DNA of 64,000 nucleotides from an uncultured Acidobacteriota bacterium (GCA_963713655.1 CAVQMT010000044.1:6686-70685); one strand, 5' to 3'; positions 10,745-21,252 are shown, counted from the stretch's first letter. A program made the numbers and translations. Notes: a model not told the origin generated them from the letters alone.

Positions 10745-11287
10745 ATGCGGGGACCGCGGAAATCTTCACAACCGGTGGCGGCAGGTGCGGTGCTGGCGTT
10801 CTGCCTTGGTTTGGCGTGGATGGCTACGCCCGGCGTCCAGCTCGCCGCGCAAGGGCCCAGCGCCGAGGACGTGGCCGCCGGTCTGCGCATCTTCCGCCAG
10901 AAGGCGGACTGCCAGGCCTGCCACGGCTGGGCCGGCGACGGCCGCAAGATGGACAGTCAGATGCCCGATGGCGCCAACTTGCGGACGACGAAGCTGAATC
11001 GGGACAAGCTGATCGTCGCGATCAAGTGCGGCGTGCCCGGCAAGGGGATGCCGGCGTTCGACCGCCTGGCCTACAGCGACGGGCGCTGCTACGGCATGAA
11101 GCAGGCGGATTTGGAACGCACCAACCTGACGATGCCGGATCCGGCGGCTACCCTGCAGGCGCGCGAGATCGAGCTCGTGGCCGACTTCCTGTTTGCCAAA
11201 GTCGTGGGCCAGGGGCCGATGGACCGCGCGAAATGCATCGAGTTCTGGGGATCGGACGTGGCGACGTGCGCGGAGTTTTCGAAGTAG
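10745..11287 (+). CDS. Secreted mono-haem c-type cytochrome
   Basis: ATG 10745. It has a signal peptide (AVLAFCLGLAWMATPGVQLAAQ), a CQACH haem-binding motif and a distal GMPAF. Confidence 0.75.
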   Translation: MRGPRKSSQPVAAGAVLAFCLGLAWMATPGVQLAAQGPSAEDVAAGLRIFRQKADCQACHGWAGDGRKMDSQMPDGANLRTTKLNRDKLIVAIKCGVPGKGMPAFDRLAYSDGRCYGMKQADLERTNLTMPDPAATLQAREIELVADFLFAKVVGQGPMDRAKCIEFWGSDVATCAEFSK

Positions 11288-11302
11288 CAGTTCCGTCATC
11301 AG

Positions 11303-11353
11303 TACTGCAGTCCGACTGCAGTCCCGCATAGCGGGACTGTAGCCGACTGTAGC
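11303..11353 (+). terminator. Long imperfect hairpin after the cytochrome c gene (possible terminator or REP-like element)
   Basis: The core stem CAGTCCCGC-ATA-GCGGGACTG lies at 11319-11339. It extends outward through ACTGCAGTCC / GGACTGTAG repeats. A weak T-run (ATTTTGA) follows about 20 nt later. Confidence 0.4.
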
Positions 11354-11372
11354 CCGTAGCCTGATTTTGAGT

Positions 11373-11454
11373 ATGCTGTGAACGGCACGGCGCCAGAGCC
11401 GGGCGGTCGTGAGTCGGCAGGACGCTAGCACGCCGCCTGTTCCGTTCACAGCAT
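11373..11454. repeat. 82-nt unit bounded by a perfect 13-bp inverted repeat
   Basis: ATGCTGTGAACGG lies at 11373-11385 and CCGTTCACAGCAT at 11442-11454, separated by 56 nt. It sits upstream of the winged-helix/TPR regulator. Confidence 0.6.
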
Positions 11455-11532
11455 CCCAGGCGCGATCCTAGGGGAGGGTCGCGTACGTGCGAGTCACAAA
11501 AAACGGTCAAATCTCTCTTCGGTACCCACGTC

Positions 11533-12810
11533 GTGACCGAGATCGCCTTCGGACCCTTCACCATCGACCTGGCCAACTCCCGCATCTACGCGCGACGGCG
11601 TGGAAGTCCGGCTTCGCCCGCAGGCGTTTCAGGCGCTGCGCGTGCTGCTCCGGCACAACGGCCGCGCCGTCGGGCACGACCAGATGATCGCGGAGGCGTG
11701 GGACGGTACGCACGTGTCGCGCCACACCGTCGACGTGACCGTCGGCGAGGTGAAGAAGAGCCTGGGCGAATACGGGCGCTGGATCACGCACCGGCCCAAG
11801 GCGGGCTACTGCCTCGAGCTGCCGACGTCGGAGGAGCTGATTCGCAAGGGCTGGCACTTCTGGGATCGCCGCACGCGCGAGGGCGCGGAGCTGGCGATCG
11901 ACTGCTTCGAAAGCGCCGCGGCCGATTGTCCCGGCGACTTCCGCGCCTACGACGGCCTGTCGCAGTGCTACCTGATGCTGGCCGTGTTCGGGATGCAGCC
12001 CCCGACCGACGTCTATCCCAAGTTCCAGGAGGCCAACGAGCGCGCGGCGGCGCTAGGCGGCTTCCGGCCCGAGCTGCGCTGCAACCGGGCGCACGGCCTG
12101 CACCTGTTCGAGCGCCGCTATGCCGAGGCCGAAGCCGAGCTGCTGCGGACGCTGGAGGAGAAGCCGTCGCTCGGCGACGCCTACGTGCGCGCGGCGCTGC
12201 TCTATGCCAACCTCGATCGGCTCGACGACGCCGTGGCGATGCTGCAGCGCGGCGCCCAAGCCGATCCCCTGAAGGCGACGCTGCCGGCTACCGAGATCCA
12301 GATCCGCGTCTACCGGCGCGAGTTCGACGTGGCGATCGCCGTCGGCGCGCAAGGCCGTCGAGCTGCACCCGTACCTCCAGATCGTGCGGGTGCACTACGG
12401 GCAGGCGCTCGAGTTCTCCGGTCGGTTCGCCGAGGCCCTGCGGCAGTATCAGATCGCGTCGGTGATGTCGCCCGACTTGCCGTGGCTGCGGGCGCTCGAA
12501 GGCACCTGCCTGGCGAAGATGGGCCGCGAAGCCGAGGCCGGCGCCATCCTGGCGGAGCTGGACGAGCTGCGGCGGTCCGAATACGTGGACGCCTACTACA
12601 TGGCGGTCTTCCGCCAGCGCGCTCAATCGCACCGACGAGGCGTGGCTCGAGCTGGAGCGGTCGGTCGACGAGTACTCGGGCTTCGTCCTGGCGCTCCACG
12701 TCGATCCGAAGATGGACGTGTTCCGCCGCGATCCGCGCTTCGCCGCGCTCAGTCCTGTCGAACTACCTTCCCGCCCTTCATCACGAACCGCACACGCTGC
12801 AAAGCCGTGA
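11533..12810 (+). CDS. OmpR/CadC-type winged-helix DNA-binding domain fused to TPR repeats; apparent frameshifts
   Basis: FGPFTIDLANSRIY..VRLRPQAFQALRVLLRHNGRAVGHDQMIAEAWDGTHVSRHTVDVTVGEVKKSL is a trans_reg_C-like domain and is followed by TPR-like helices. Frame hops occur near 11595, 12355 and 12625. The 3' end is uncertain. Confidence 0.65.
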
Positions 12811-14131
12811 TGTCGGCGGTGGGGTCTCCCGGCACGGCCACGAGATCGGCGAATTTGCCCTTGGCGATCGAGCCGATCTGATCGCCCCAGCCCATCACCC
12901 GGGCGTTGACGATGGTGCCGGCCTGCAGCGCGGCCGCCGGCGTCATGCCGGTGCGCTTGACCAGCAGCTCGAACTCCAGCGCCTGGGTGCCGTGCGGAAA
13001 CGGACCGCCGTCCACGCCGCTGCCGATCATGGTGCGCAAGCCCTTGGTCTTCACCGCCATCGACACCGCCTTCTCGAAGATCGGGATCATGCGGAACTTG
13101 CCGCCGGTGGCCTTGGCGTCGTTGTCGTCCATGTAGGGCGCGGTGTAGCGCGCCAGCGTCGGGTCGAAGTCCAGCTTCTTCGCCACCATCTGGTCGAGCT
13201 GCGCCTGCGTCAGGCCGTAGCCGTGCTCGATGGTGTCGCAGCCGGTGGTGATGGCGTTCTGCAGCCCTTCGCCGCCGAAGGCGTGGCACGCCGCCTTGAG
13301 GCCGAGGCGGTGGGTTTCGTCCATGATCGCCTGCAGCACCGGCAACGGGTAGGTGAGCACGTACTCGCGCGGTGCCGGTCGGCGTGAACGAATAGGCGCC
13401 GGTCGGATAGAGCTTGATCCAGTCCACGCCTCTGGCCTTGTGGTCGCGCACCGCCGCGCGGCCTTCTTCAGCCGACCGGATGACGGTGCCGGCCAGCGGA
13501 TCGTCGGGCGCCGACGGGTTGGGCGGGGTGGCGGACCAGCGGATGCCGCGGCCGGCGACCTGGAACCGCGGGCCATCGAGGTCGCCCTGGTTGATCGCGT
13601 CGCGCATGGTCACGTCGGCGTAGCCGTTGGTGTGCGAGCTCATGTCGCGCGCGGCGGTGAAGCCGGCGCGCAGGTCGGCCTGCAGGTTCTGGACGGCGAT
13701 GATGGTGGCGCGCTCGCGCGATGGTGCCCTTCTCGGGCGTGTTGAACATGTGCGTGTGCGCGTCGATGAGTCCGGGCAGAACCGTGGCGTCGCTGAGATC
13801 GATCACCGCGGCCCCGGCGGGCGCTTTCACGCGCGACTCGGGCCCGACGTCCAGGATGCGCTCGCCCTGCACGAGGACGACCTGTTTCGTCAGCATCGTG
13901 CCGGCTTCGCTGTCGAACAGCCGCCCGGCACGTATGGCCGTGACGCGTGTGCTGGCTGGCGGGCACTGCAGCGTGCCGCCATCCGGCGCGACGCACGGGT
14001 GTGCGCCGACGTTGCGCCACGGATCCGGGCAGCTTCTGCCGCGGCGGCGTCGCCGGCGCCTGCGCGCTCAGCAGGGCGCACGCCGTCATGAACACGGCCA
14101 CCGGCAGCACGATGCGATCACGTCGGGTCAT
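12749..14131 (-). CDS. Secreted amidohydrolase-family metallohydrolase; about 4 apparent frameshifts
   Basis: It has a signal peptide (IVLPVAVFMTACALLSAQA). LPGLIDAHTHM is the HxH metal motif. ACHAFGGEG, TIEHG and GKFADLVAVPGDP are also present. Pieces lie in four ORF-track frames. Confidence 0.75.
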
Positions 14132-14178
14132 GGGGCAAGACTCCTAGTCGAGGCTGAAGGGTCCGGAACGAGAGCCAC

Positions 14179-15176
14179 TTACCGAGCGGTGGTGGATCGT
14201 GACAGGCAGCGTGCCGCCTTGTTCGACGGGTCTGTCGGATCTGGATTCTGGCCGCGTCCCCGGGTCTCCCTGTACGCCTGGTGGCACGCGGCGCAGGCGT
14301 CGGAGAGGTCACCGGTGGCGTCCGACACGGCCTCCTGGCTCCTGGTCTGCGAGGCCTGGTAGGTTTTTCGCGCCACGGCGATCATCTCTTCGGTCAGCTT
14401 GATCCACAAGGCATCGGTGACTGGCGCCAGCCGCCCGTTCTCGCAGCGGATCCCCGGCGTCAGCATCAGGGGCGACGCGTCGGCCAACGCGATCGCGGCG
14501 TTGTCCACCAGCTGCCATCCGCCGTAGATGCCCGCTCCCCAGTCCACGAATGAGAAGCCGCCAGTCTGGCCGCCGCTGCCGCGGGGTCCGGCTTCGGAGC
14601 GGGCGCGCCGGGATCGTGTGTCTGCACCGTGAAGATCAGGTTCGAGTTCGGGAAGAAGATGCCGCGCATCAGCTGCGCCATGTTGCCGAGCGGCGGAAAG
14701 GCGCGAACCGCCGCGGCGGTTGCGGGCGCGGACGGCTGACTGGCCGGGCCGGGTGGCCAGCCGATCGCCGCAAGCGCGGCCTGCGCCGGGGCAAGCTCGG
14801 TGCGACCGGCGGGGAATCCGCCGAGCTTCAGGATGTGCGCCAGCACGTCGGACGTCTGGGCGGGCGACAGCGTCCCCTGGGCGTCGGCGGGCATCGTGTT
14901 GCGGATCTTGCCGGCGAGCGCGGAGAGCGGTTGTACGCGCCAGGTGCCGCGGAAGGCGTCGCCGACGAGCGGCGGCCCCTGCAGGCCTTCCGCCATCTTG
15001 CCGTGACACGACGCGCACTGCTTCGCATACAGCGCCTGACCGCGCGAGGCCTGGGCCTCGGTGAACACGCCGTCCTGCACGGTGCGCCGGACTGCGCCTG
15101 CACCGCGGTCAGCCATGACAGCGCTCATGGCCAGTATCTGGCCGGTCACTCGACCCGGGCTCGCGACGGACGGCAA
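14179..15176 (-). CDS. Two-domain c-type cytochrome (class I-like N-domain plus a C-terminal domain with a late CxxCH, as in cytochrome c'/c556)
   Basis: CASCHG lies in the N-terminal half and DACAACHQAYRE near the C-terminus. Frame hops occur near 15100 and 14540. It lies directly downstream of the PQQ dehydrogenase. Confidence 0.65.
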
Positions 15177-15193
15177 CGACCCTCATGGCCGGA

Positions 15194-16938
15194 CTAGTTC
15201 AGCGCGAACACGAACAGGTAGCTGGAGTTCTGCAGCTTGTCAAAGTTCACCGGGTGCAGGTGGCGGCCGCTGGCCTGCACCGCGAGAAACTGCTTCGGCC
15301 CGATCGCGTAGGTGACCGGCGCGCCCTTGAGCGGCGTGCCGACGTTGAAGCGCCACAGCTCTTCCAGCGTCTCGTCGTTGTAGGCCACGACCCAGCCGTC
15401 CTGCAGCGCCGTGAACAGCAGGCCGCCGGCGGTCACGGTCGCGCCCGAGCGGATCTCGATGTCGGTGACGGCCTTGGCCACCACCTTGTGGTTCACGGTG
15501 TCGAACGCCGTCACCGCGCCGTAGTAGAGGTCGCTGTTGAACTGGCGGCGCTCGCTGTTCTTGTTGTCGATGCCGCCGTCCTTGCCCAGCGACGCCACCG
15601 CGGCGCCCGTTCTGGCGTGAAGCATCCTTCGGTGCCGACGCCGTAGGCGATGCCCTTGACCGGGTTGTAGGCCATCGGCTGATGCGCCACGCCGCCGTGC
15701 CAGGTCGGGCAGCTGCGCTTGCGGCCGTCGCCGCGCAGCGCGCGCGCCTCGGGGTTGTAGATCTGCACGTCGAGCTTGGGGTTGTAGTCGAGCGGCTTGC
15801 CGCTCTCGGGGTGGATGCCCTTGGTCCAGTTCAGGTCGTTGACGTACTTCTCGGCCTTGATGAAGCGGCCGTTGGTGCGATCCACCGAGTAGAAGAAGCC
15901 GTTGCGGGCGAAGTGGCCGACCACCTTGCGATCGATGCCCTGGATCTTCTGGTCGTAGAGCATGAACACGCCGGCCTCGTCGAAGTCCCACGAGTCGTTG
16001 GGCGTGTACTGGAAGTGCCACTTCATCTTGCCGGTGGCGACGTCGAGCGCGACCACCGAGTTGGTGTAGAGGTTGTCGCCAGGGCGGAACTGCGGGTCGT
16101 AGATCGGGAACGGGTTGCCGGTGCCGAAGATGTAGAGGTTCTGCGCCGCGTCGTAGGAGCCCGTCTGCCAGATGCCGCCGCCGCCGGTCTTCCACGCGTT
16201 GTGGTCGTCCTTCCAGGTCTCGCTGCCGGGATCGCCCGGCTTCGGCACGGTGTACCAGCGCCACAGCTCGTTGCCGGTGTTGACGTCGAGGGCCGCCACC
16301 CAGCCGCGCGTGCCGCCGTCGCCGGCGCCGTTCTGCACCAGCACCTTGCCGTCGGCGACGATGGGCGCGGTCAGGAAGCGCTCCTGGTTGCCGAACTCGT
16401 TCTTGGTCATGATCTTCTTGTCCCAGAGGATCTCGCCGTTGTCGCGGTTGATCGCGATCACGCGGCCATCGGGCAGGTTGGCCAGGACCTTGTTCTCCCA
16501 CAGCGCGATGCCGCGGGTGCGCGAGGTGTTGCCTTCGTGCGCGACGCCGGGGTCGGCCACCCACACGAACGAGCCGCGCTGCGGGTTGCGCGCGTCGATC
16601 TTGTAGACCGTGCCCCAGCCGTCGCTGGTGTACATGAAGCCGTTGTCGATGAGCGGGTTGACTTCGCTCTCGGGCCCGTTCTGCCCGACGTCCTGCATGC
16701 CGCCGAGCGCCATCGCCCACACCATCCGCAGATCCTTCACGTTGGTGCGGTTGATCTGGGTCAGGCGGGAATAGCGCAGCGACCCGTAGTCGCCGTTCAT
16801 CAGCAGCCAGTTCTGCGGCTCGTTCTGCGCGTTGATCAGCCGGTCCTTGTTGACCGTCAGCGAATACTGGGCGGACGTGGTGACCATCAGCGCGGTCGCC
16901 GCGACGAGAGCCGTCAGGAGGGCGGTCTTGAGGCGCAT
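15194..16938 (-). CDS. PQQ-dependent dehydrogenase, methanol/ethanol family, with D-x-D (lanthanide-type) motif
   Basis: ATG 16938 with a GAGAGGA RBS and a signal peptide (ALLTALVAATALMVTTSAQ). Eight-bladed propeller W-motifs are present (ELWRW, MKWHFQ, EELWRF). DSWDFDE is encoded at 15976-15996. One frame hop occurs near 15.62 kb. Confidence 0.85.
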
Positions 16939-17004
16939 CGGTGAAATCCTCTCGGGTGGCACGCCCCATACCGTGGGCCGCACCGGCGACATAATACTGC
17001 GGTC

Positions 17005-17938
17005 ATGAAATTCACAATTCACAATTCAGAATTCAGAAACTGCAGCCGGAACTGCTTCTCTGGCCGCCTTTTGCGGGCGAGCCTGCCCCTGGCAGCCGCC
17101 TTGTTCCTGCTGGCGTCGCCGGGGCTGGCGCAGACGTCGAACAAGGCCGCTCCGGTGGTGGTCAGCCATTTCCACCTGAACGTGACCAGCATCGACGCTC
17201 ACAAGAAGTTCTGGGTCGATACCCTGGGTGGCACTGCGCTCAGGCTGAATGGTCTCGACGCCGTCCAGTTCCCCGACATCTATATCTTTCTCCGCCAGCA
17301 GGCGCCCACGGGCCCGACGCGCGGCACGGCGTTCGATCACATCGGGTTCGCCGTGCCGGACGTGCCGGCGTTGACGACTCGGGTGGTGGCCGCGGGATAT
17401 CAGCTGACCACCGGCCGCGAGCCGGCGCCGGGGCAGGAGGCCGCGGCGGCGACCGGCACCCAGGCGCCGTACGGCCGCTTTTCGTATCTGCTGGGCCCTG
17501 ACGGCGCGAAGGTGGAATTGGTGACGGCAGCCGGCGCCGAGCGCGCCTCCGATCGCGTATCACCACATTCACTTCATCAACAAGCAGTACGTCGAGATGC
17601 AGCAGTGGTACATGAAAGTGTTCGACGCCACGCTGCGCCCGGGTCAGACCGACTTCTTCATCGGCGCGGACCTGCCCGGCGTCGGCTACAGCCTCAACTT
17701 CTTCCGCTGGGAAGGGGATCAAGCCGTGACCCACGCCACCACGGCGGGACGAGTGATGGACCGTGCCGGGTTCGACGTGCGGAACCTCGAAGACTTCTGC
17801 AAGCGCCTGGAGGCCAAGGGCGTGGCGCTGACGGTGCCGTACCGGCGCCGTCCCGACTTCGGGAATCTGGGCACCGCCGTGATCACCGATCCGTGGGGCA
17901 CCGTGATCGAGTTGACCGAAGGGCTCGCGGGCCGTTGA
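17005..17938 (+). CDS. Secreted two-domain VOC (glyoxalase/bleomycin-resistance/dioxygenase) family protein
   Basis: It has a signal peptide (LPLAAALFLLASPGLAQT). HFHLNV...FDHIGFAVPD and HHIHF...DRAGFDV are paired VOC modules. One frame hop occurs near 17555. An alternative start is TTG 17071. Confidence 0.65.
17009..17036. repeat. AT-rich tandem heptamers AATTCAC x2 then AATTCAG x2
   Basis: Direct reading. They lie between the divergent PQQ-dehydrogenase and VOC genes, or inside the first 11 codons of the VOC gene if ATG 17005 is used. Confidence 0.9.
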
Positions 17939-18106
17939 GCGGCTGGCGAACGGAAACGTCATCGAATTCCCGAGTATCTACAAAAAAGTATGACGTCGCG
18001 TCCGGCCTCGAACCGCGCCGTCGATTCGGCGCCGTTCGGGAATGACGGCCGGCTGTATACTCGAATCCTACAGTGTTGTTTGATTCAAGCATTCATGTTA
18101 CGTGAT

Positions 18107-18125
18107 TGTGCAGCCGATCTGCACA
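18107..18125. promoter_or_regulatory. Perfect palindrome TGTGCAG-CCGAT-CTGCACA in the AT-richer spacer upstream of the porin gene
   Basis: Direct reading. It lies about 180 nt upstream of ATG 18303. It is loosely reminiscent of a CRP/FNR-type TGTG..CACA site, but the spacing differs. Confidence 0.3.
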
Positions 18126-18302
18126 TGACGGCGCCCGGTCAGACGGCGCTATCTGATCTCGCGCGCATATAGTTAACAGCCGATTCGAGCTCCTCGGTAT
18201 TTCGGCTTACCCCTTGCACCGTCCCTCCACACTTGCGGCCAGGTGAAGCAGCGCGACAGTCGCACGCGATTCGCTGCCCGGCCACATCGAGGAGGACATT
18301 TC

Positions 18303-19570
18303 ATGGGAGTTTCGAGTCGAGCCGTTCCGTTCACCGTCGTGCCGTCATTAGGTCAGGCCTTGCGCGCCCTGTCGGTCGTCTGCATGGGCGCCGCTTTGTT
18401 CCAGCCCGTGCCGGCGTCGGCGGGTCCCGGCGGCCCAGGAACTCCGGACGCCGGGCCCGAGCGCACCAGCGCCTGCACTGTCGCTGGCCAAGGCAGCGGA
18501 CGACCCCGACCCTCAGCAGCAGCAGGTTACGGTTGGGGTTACTGATCCGTTCATAGAGTTCTTTCGTAAGACGGAGATCCTGGGGCTCGTCGACACCTAC
18601 TACACCTACAACTTCAACGAGCCGCCGACCGGCACGTTCACGCCGCTCCACAGCTTCGACGTCAAGCACAACCAGTTCAGCGTCTCGCTGCTGGAGTTGG
18701 CGTTCAGCAAGGCCACGGGCACCGACGACCGGATCGGGTTCCGGTTCGACCTGCAATACGGGCAGACGGCGCAGGTCTTCAACACCGACCCGCTCGACAA
18801 CAACAATCTGCTGAACGTGCAGCAGGCCTACGTCAGCTACCTGGTCCCGGGGGGCATGACCTTCGAGGTCGGCAAGTTGGTGACCCCGGTTGGCAGCGAG
18901 GCGACCGAGGCGCATCTGAACAACAACTACTCGCGCGGGCTGCTCTACCAGTACGGGCCCTTCTACCATGTCGGAACGCGGGTGTCCTTCCCGCTGCACG
19001 AGAAGTTCACCATCGGCGGCATGTTCGTGAACGGGTGGAACGCCACCGGCGACAACAACTCCGGCAAGACGTTCGGCGCCAACCTCACCTGGGTGCCGAG
19101 CTCGAAGTTCACGTTCATCCAGAACGTCCTGTGGGGCCCGGAGCAGACCGACAACGCCGACGACAAGCGCACGTTTTCGGACACCAACCTCGCGTTCAAC
19201 TTTGGCGGTTTCACGACCGGCGCGAACTACATCTACGCCGTCGACGAAGTGGCGGGCGAGTCGATCGATTGGCAAGGGCTGGCGCTCTACTTCAAAGGCC
19301 AGCTCGGGCCGGTGTTTGCGATCGCGCCCCGCTTCGAGTGGTACAAGCGATCCCGACGGCTTCGTGTTCGGCGCCGGCGAGCAGACGATCAAGGAGTTCA
19401 CGCTGACCTTCGAACTCAAGCACCCGCGTGGCCTGATCACACGGTTCGAGTATCGCCGTGACTGGTCCGACGTGGACTACTTCACCAAGGACGGCGACCC
19501 GACCGACAACCAGAACGTTTTCACGGTCGGCTTCATCGTGCCGTTCAGCTCGAGGGCGGTGTCGCCCTAG
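18303..19570 (+). CDS. Outer-membrane beta-barrel porin (porin-2/DUF1597-like); about 2 apparent frameshifts
   Basis: GGAGGA RBS and a signal peptide. Alternating beta-strand pattern is visible (GLVDTYYTYNFN, FRFDLQYG, AYVSYLVPGGMTFEVGK, TFGANLTWVP). It ends in FTVGFIVPFSS. Frame hops occur near 18500 and 19345. Confidence 0.6.
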
Positions 19571-19593
19571 CGGGCTGTAGTCTCCCCCTGCTC

Positions 19594-19618
19594 GGCGCCG
19601 GCCGTCGCGGCCGGCGCC
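19594..19618 (+). terminator. GC-only 10-bp hairpin after the porin gene
   Basis: GGCGCCGGCC-GTCGC-GGCCGGCGCC. There is no adjacent U-tract. Confidence 0.3.
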
Positions 19619-19723
19619 GGGGCTCGTCCTGTGCCGCGTTTTCCCGCCTCGGGCGGGGCACCAGAAGACTTGACTCACCTGTCAGGGTCTTTGCGAGCAA
19701 GCCTTCTGGGCGAGCGCGGCCTG

Positions 19724-19743
19724 GGCAAGACGCTGGTCTTGCC
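19724..19743 (+). terminator. 8-bp hairpin with a T5 run 10 nt downstream
   Basis: GGCAAGAC-GCTG-GTCTTGCC, followed by ACAGGTCGCGTTTTT. Confidence 0.35.
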
Positions 19744-19840
19744 ACAGGTCGCGTTTTTCCGTCGGCAGATCGGGCCAGCCCCGACGGCATCAGACGACGG
19801 CAGCCGTATACTCATAATCTTTCCAATGCGGAGGTATGAG

Positions 19841-21209
19841 ATGCGGTGCCGGGTGTCTGCCGTGGCGGGCGCGGTGCTGGCGGTGGGTATCCTCGCCGCC
19901 GTGCCGGTCGGCCATGCCGAACAAGCCGCGCAGGGCGCGGGCCCTGCCGGCCGGGCCCAAGGCGCCGGGCGCGGGCCGGTGCGGCCCGAGTGCGTCAATC
20001 CGGCGCTGCCGGCCGCGGAGTGCAACATCCCGCCGGGGATCAACTGGCCCGATCCGCCGCTCGGCGCGGGGCCGTTCCTGCTCGAAACCGCGGTGCCCGC
20101 AGCACCGCAACATCCGCGTCGTGGTGGTGGCGACCGGGCTGAACCAGCCCTGGTCCATGACCTGGCTGCCCGACGGCACCATGCTCGTCACCGAGCGTGC
20201 CGGGCGGCTGCGCGTGATCCGCAACGGCGTGCTGGATCCGAACCCGGTGGCGGGCGTGCCTGAGGTGCGCGCGCAGGGTCTGCAGGGCCTGATGGACGTG
20301 GTGCTGCACCCGCGCTTCGCGGAGAACCGCTACGTCTATCTGTCCTATCACAAGCCCTTCCCGGTTCCCGGCGCCACCACCCCGCAGGGCGCACCGCTCG
20401 TCGAGGGCGAGACCGTGCATCGCGCGCGGCACCTGGAACGGCACGGCGCTCACCGACGTGCGCGACATCTTTCGATCGGGTGCCACGCGGACCGAGTCGT
20501 CGCGCATCGGCTTCGCGCGCGACGGCATGCTGCACATGACCATCAGCGCGTCGGGCACCGGTCCCGACGTGATGCGCTCCGCGGATCCCAACGACTACGC
20601 CGGCAAGACCGTGCGCCTGCGCGACGACGGCACCATCCCGCCCGACAACCCGTTCGTGGGCAAGGCCGGCTACAAGCCGGGGATCTACACGCTCGGGTCA
20701 TCGCAACGGCCATTCGATGGCGCTCAACCCCGAGACGGGCGAGTTCTGGGTCACGGAGCAGGGGCCCAACGGCGGCGACGAGATCAACGTGCTGAAGCCG
20801 GGCGCGAACTACGGCTGGCCCTACGCCAGCCACGGGCGCAGCTACATGGGGCCGCGCATCTCGCCGACGCCGGGCCGCGACGGCACCGAGCAGCCGGTGG
20901 TCGTCTGGGTGCCGTCGATCGCCGCGGCCGGCGGCGACCTTTTACACCGGCGACAAGTTCCCGGGCTGGCAGCGCAACTTCTTCGTCGGCGGCCTGCGCG
21001 AGGGCGAGACGCCGCGCACCGGCCAGATGCAGCGCATCGAGTTCAACGAGCGCTGGGAGGAGATCCGGCGCGAGCCGCTGCTGCGCGAGCTGAAGCAGCG
21101 CATCCGCGACGTGCGGCAAGGACCCGATGGGCTGATCTACGCGCTGACGAGCGAGAACCCGGGTGCCGTGCTGCGCCTCGAGCCGGCAGAGGCACCGGCC
21201 GCGCGTTGA
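19841..21209 (+). CDS. PQQ-dependent sugar dehydrogenase (soluble aldose/sorbosone dehydrogenase family); at least 4 apparent frameshifts
   Basis: GGAGG RBS 6 nt upstream of ATG 19841 and a signal peptide. Contains GLNQPWSMTWLPDGTMLVTERAGRLRVI, GLMDVVLHP, GHRNGHSMALNPETGEFWVTEQGPNGGDEINVLKPGANYGWP and PDGLIYALT. Confidence 0.8.
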
Positions 21210-21212
21210 CCA

Positions 21213-21247
21213 CGACTAACGACTAACGACCAACGACCAACGAGCAC
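21213..21247. repeat. Tandem heptamers CGACTAA x2, CGACCAA x2, CGAGCAC between the sugar dehydrogenase stop and the pirin start
   Basis: Direct reading. Its reverse complement begins with the same TAGTTGGT motif as the array starting at 51116. Confidence 0.9.
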
Positions 21248-21252
21248 CAACT

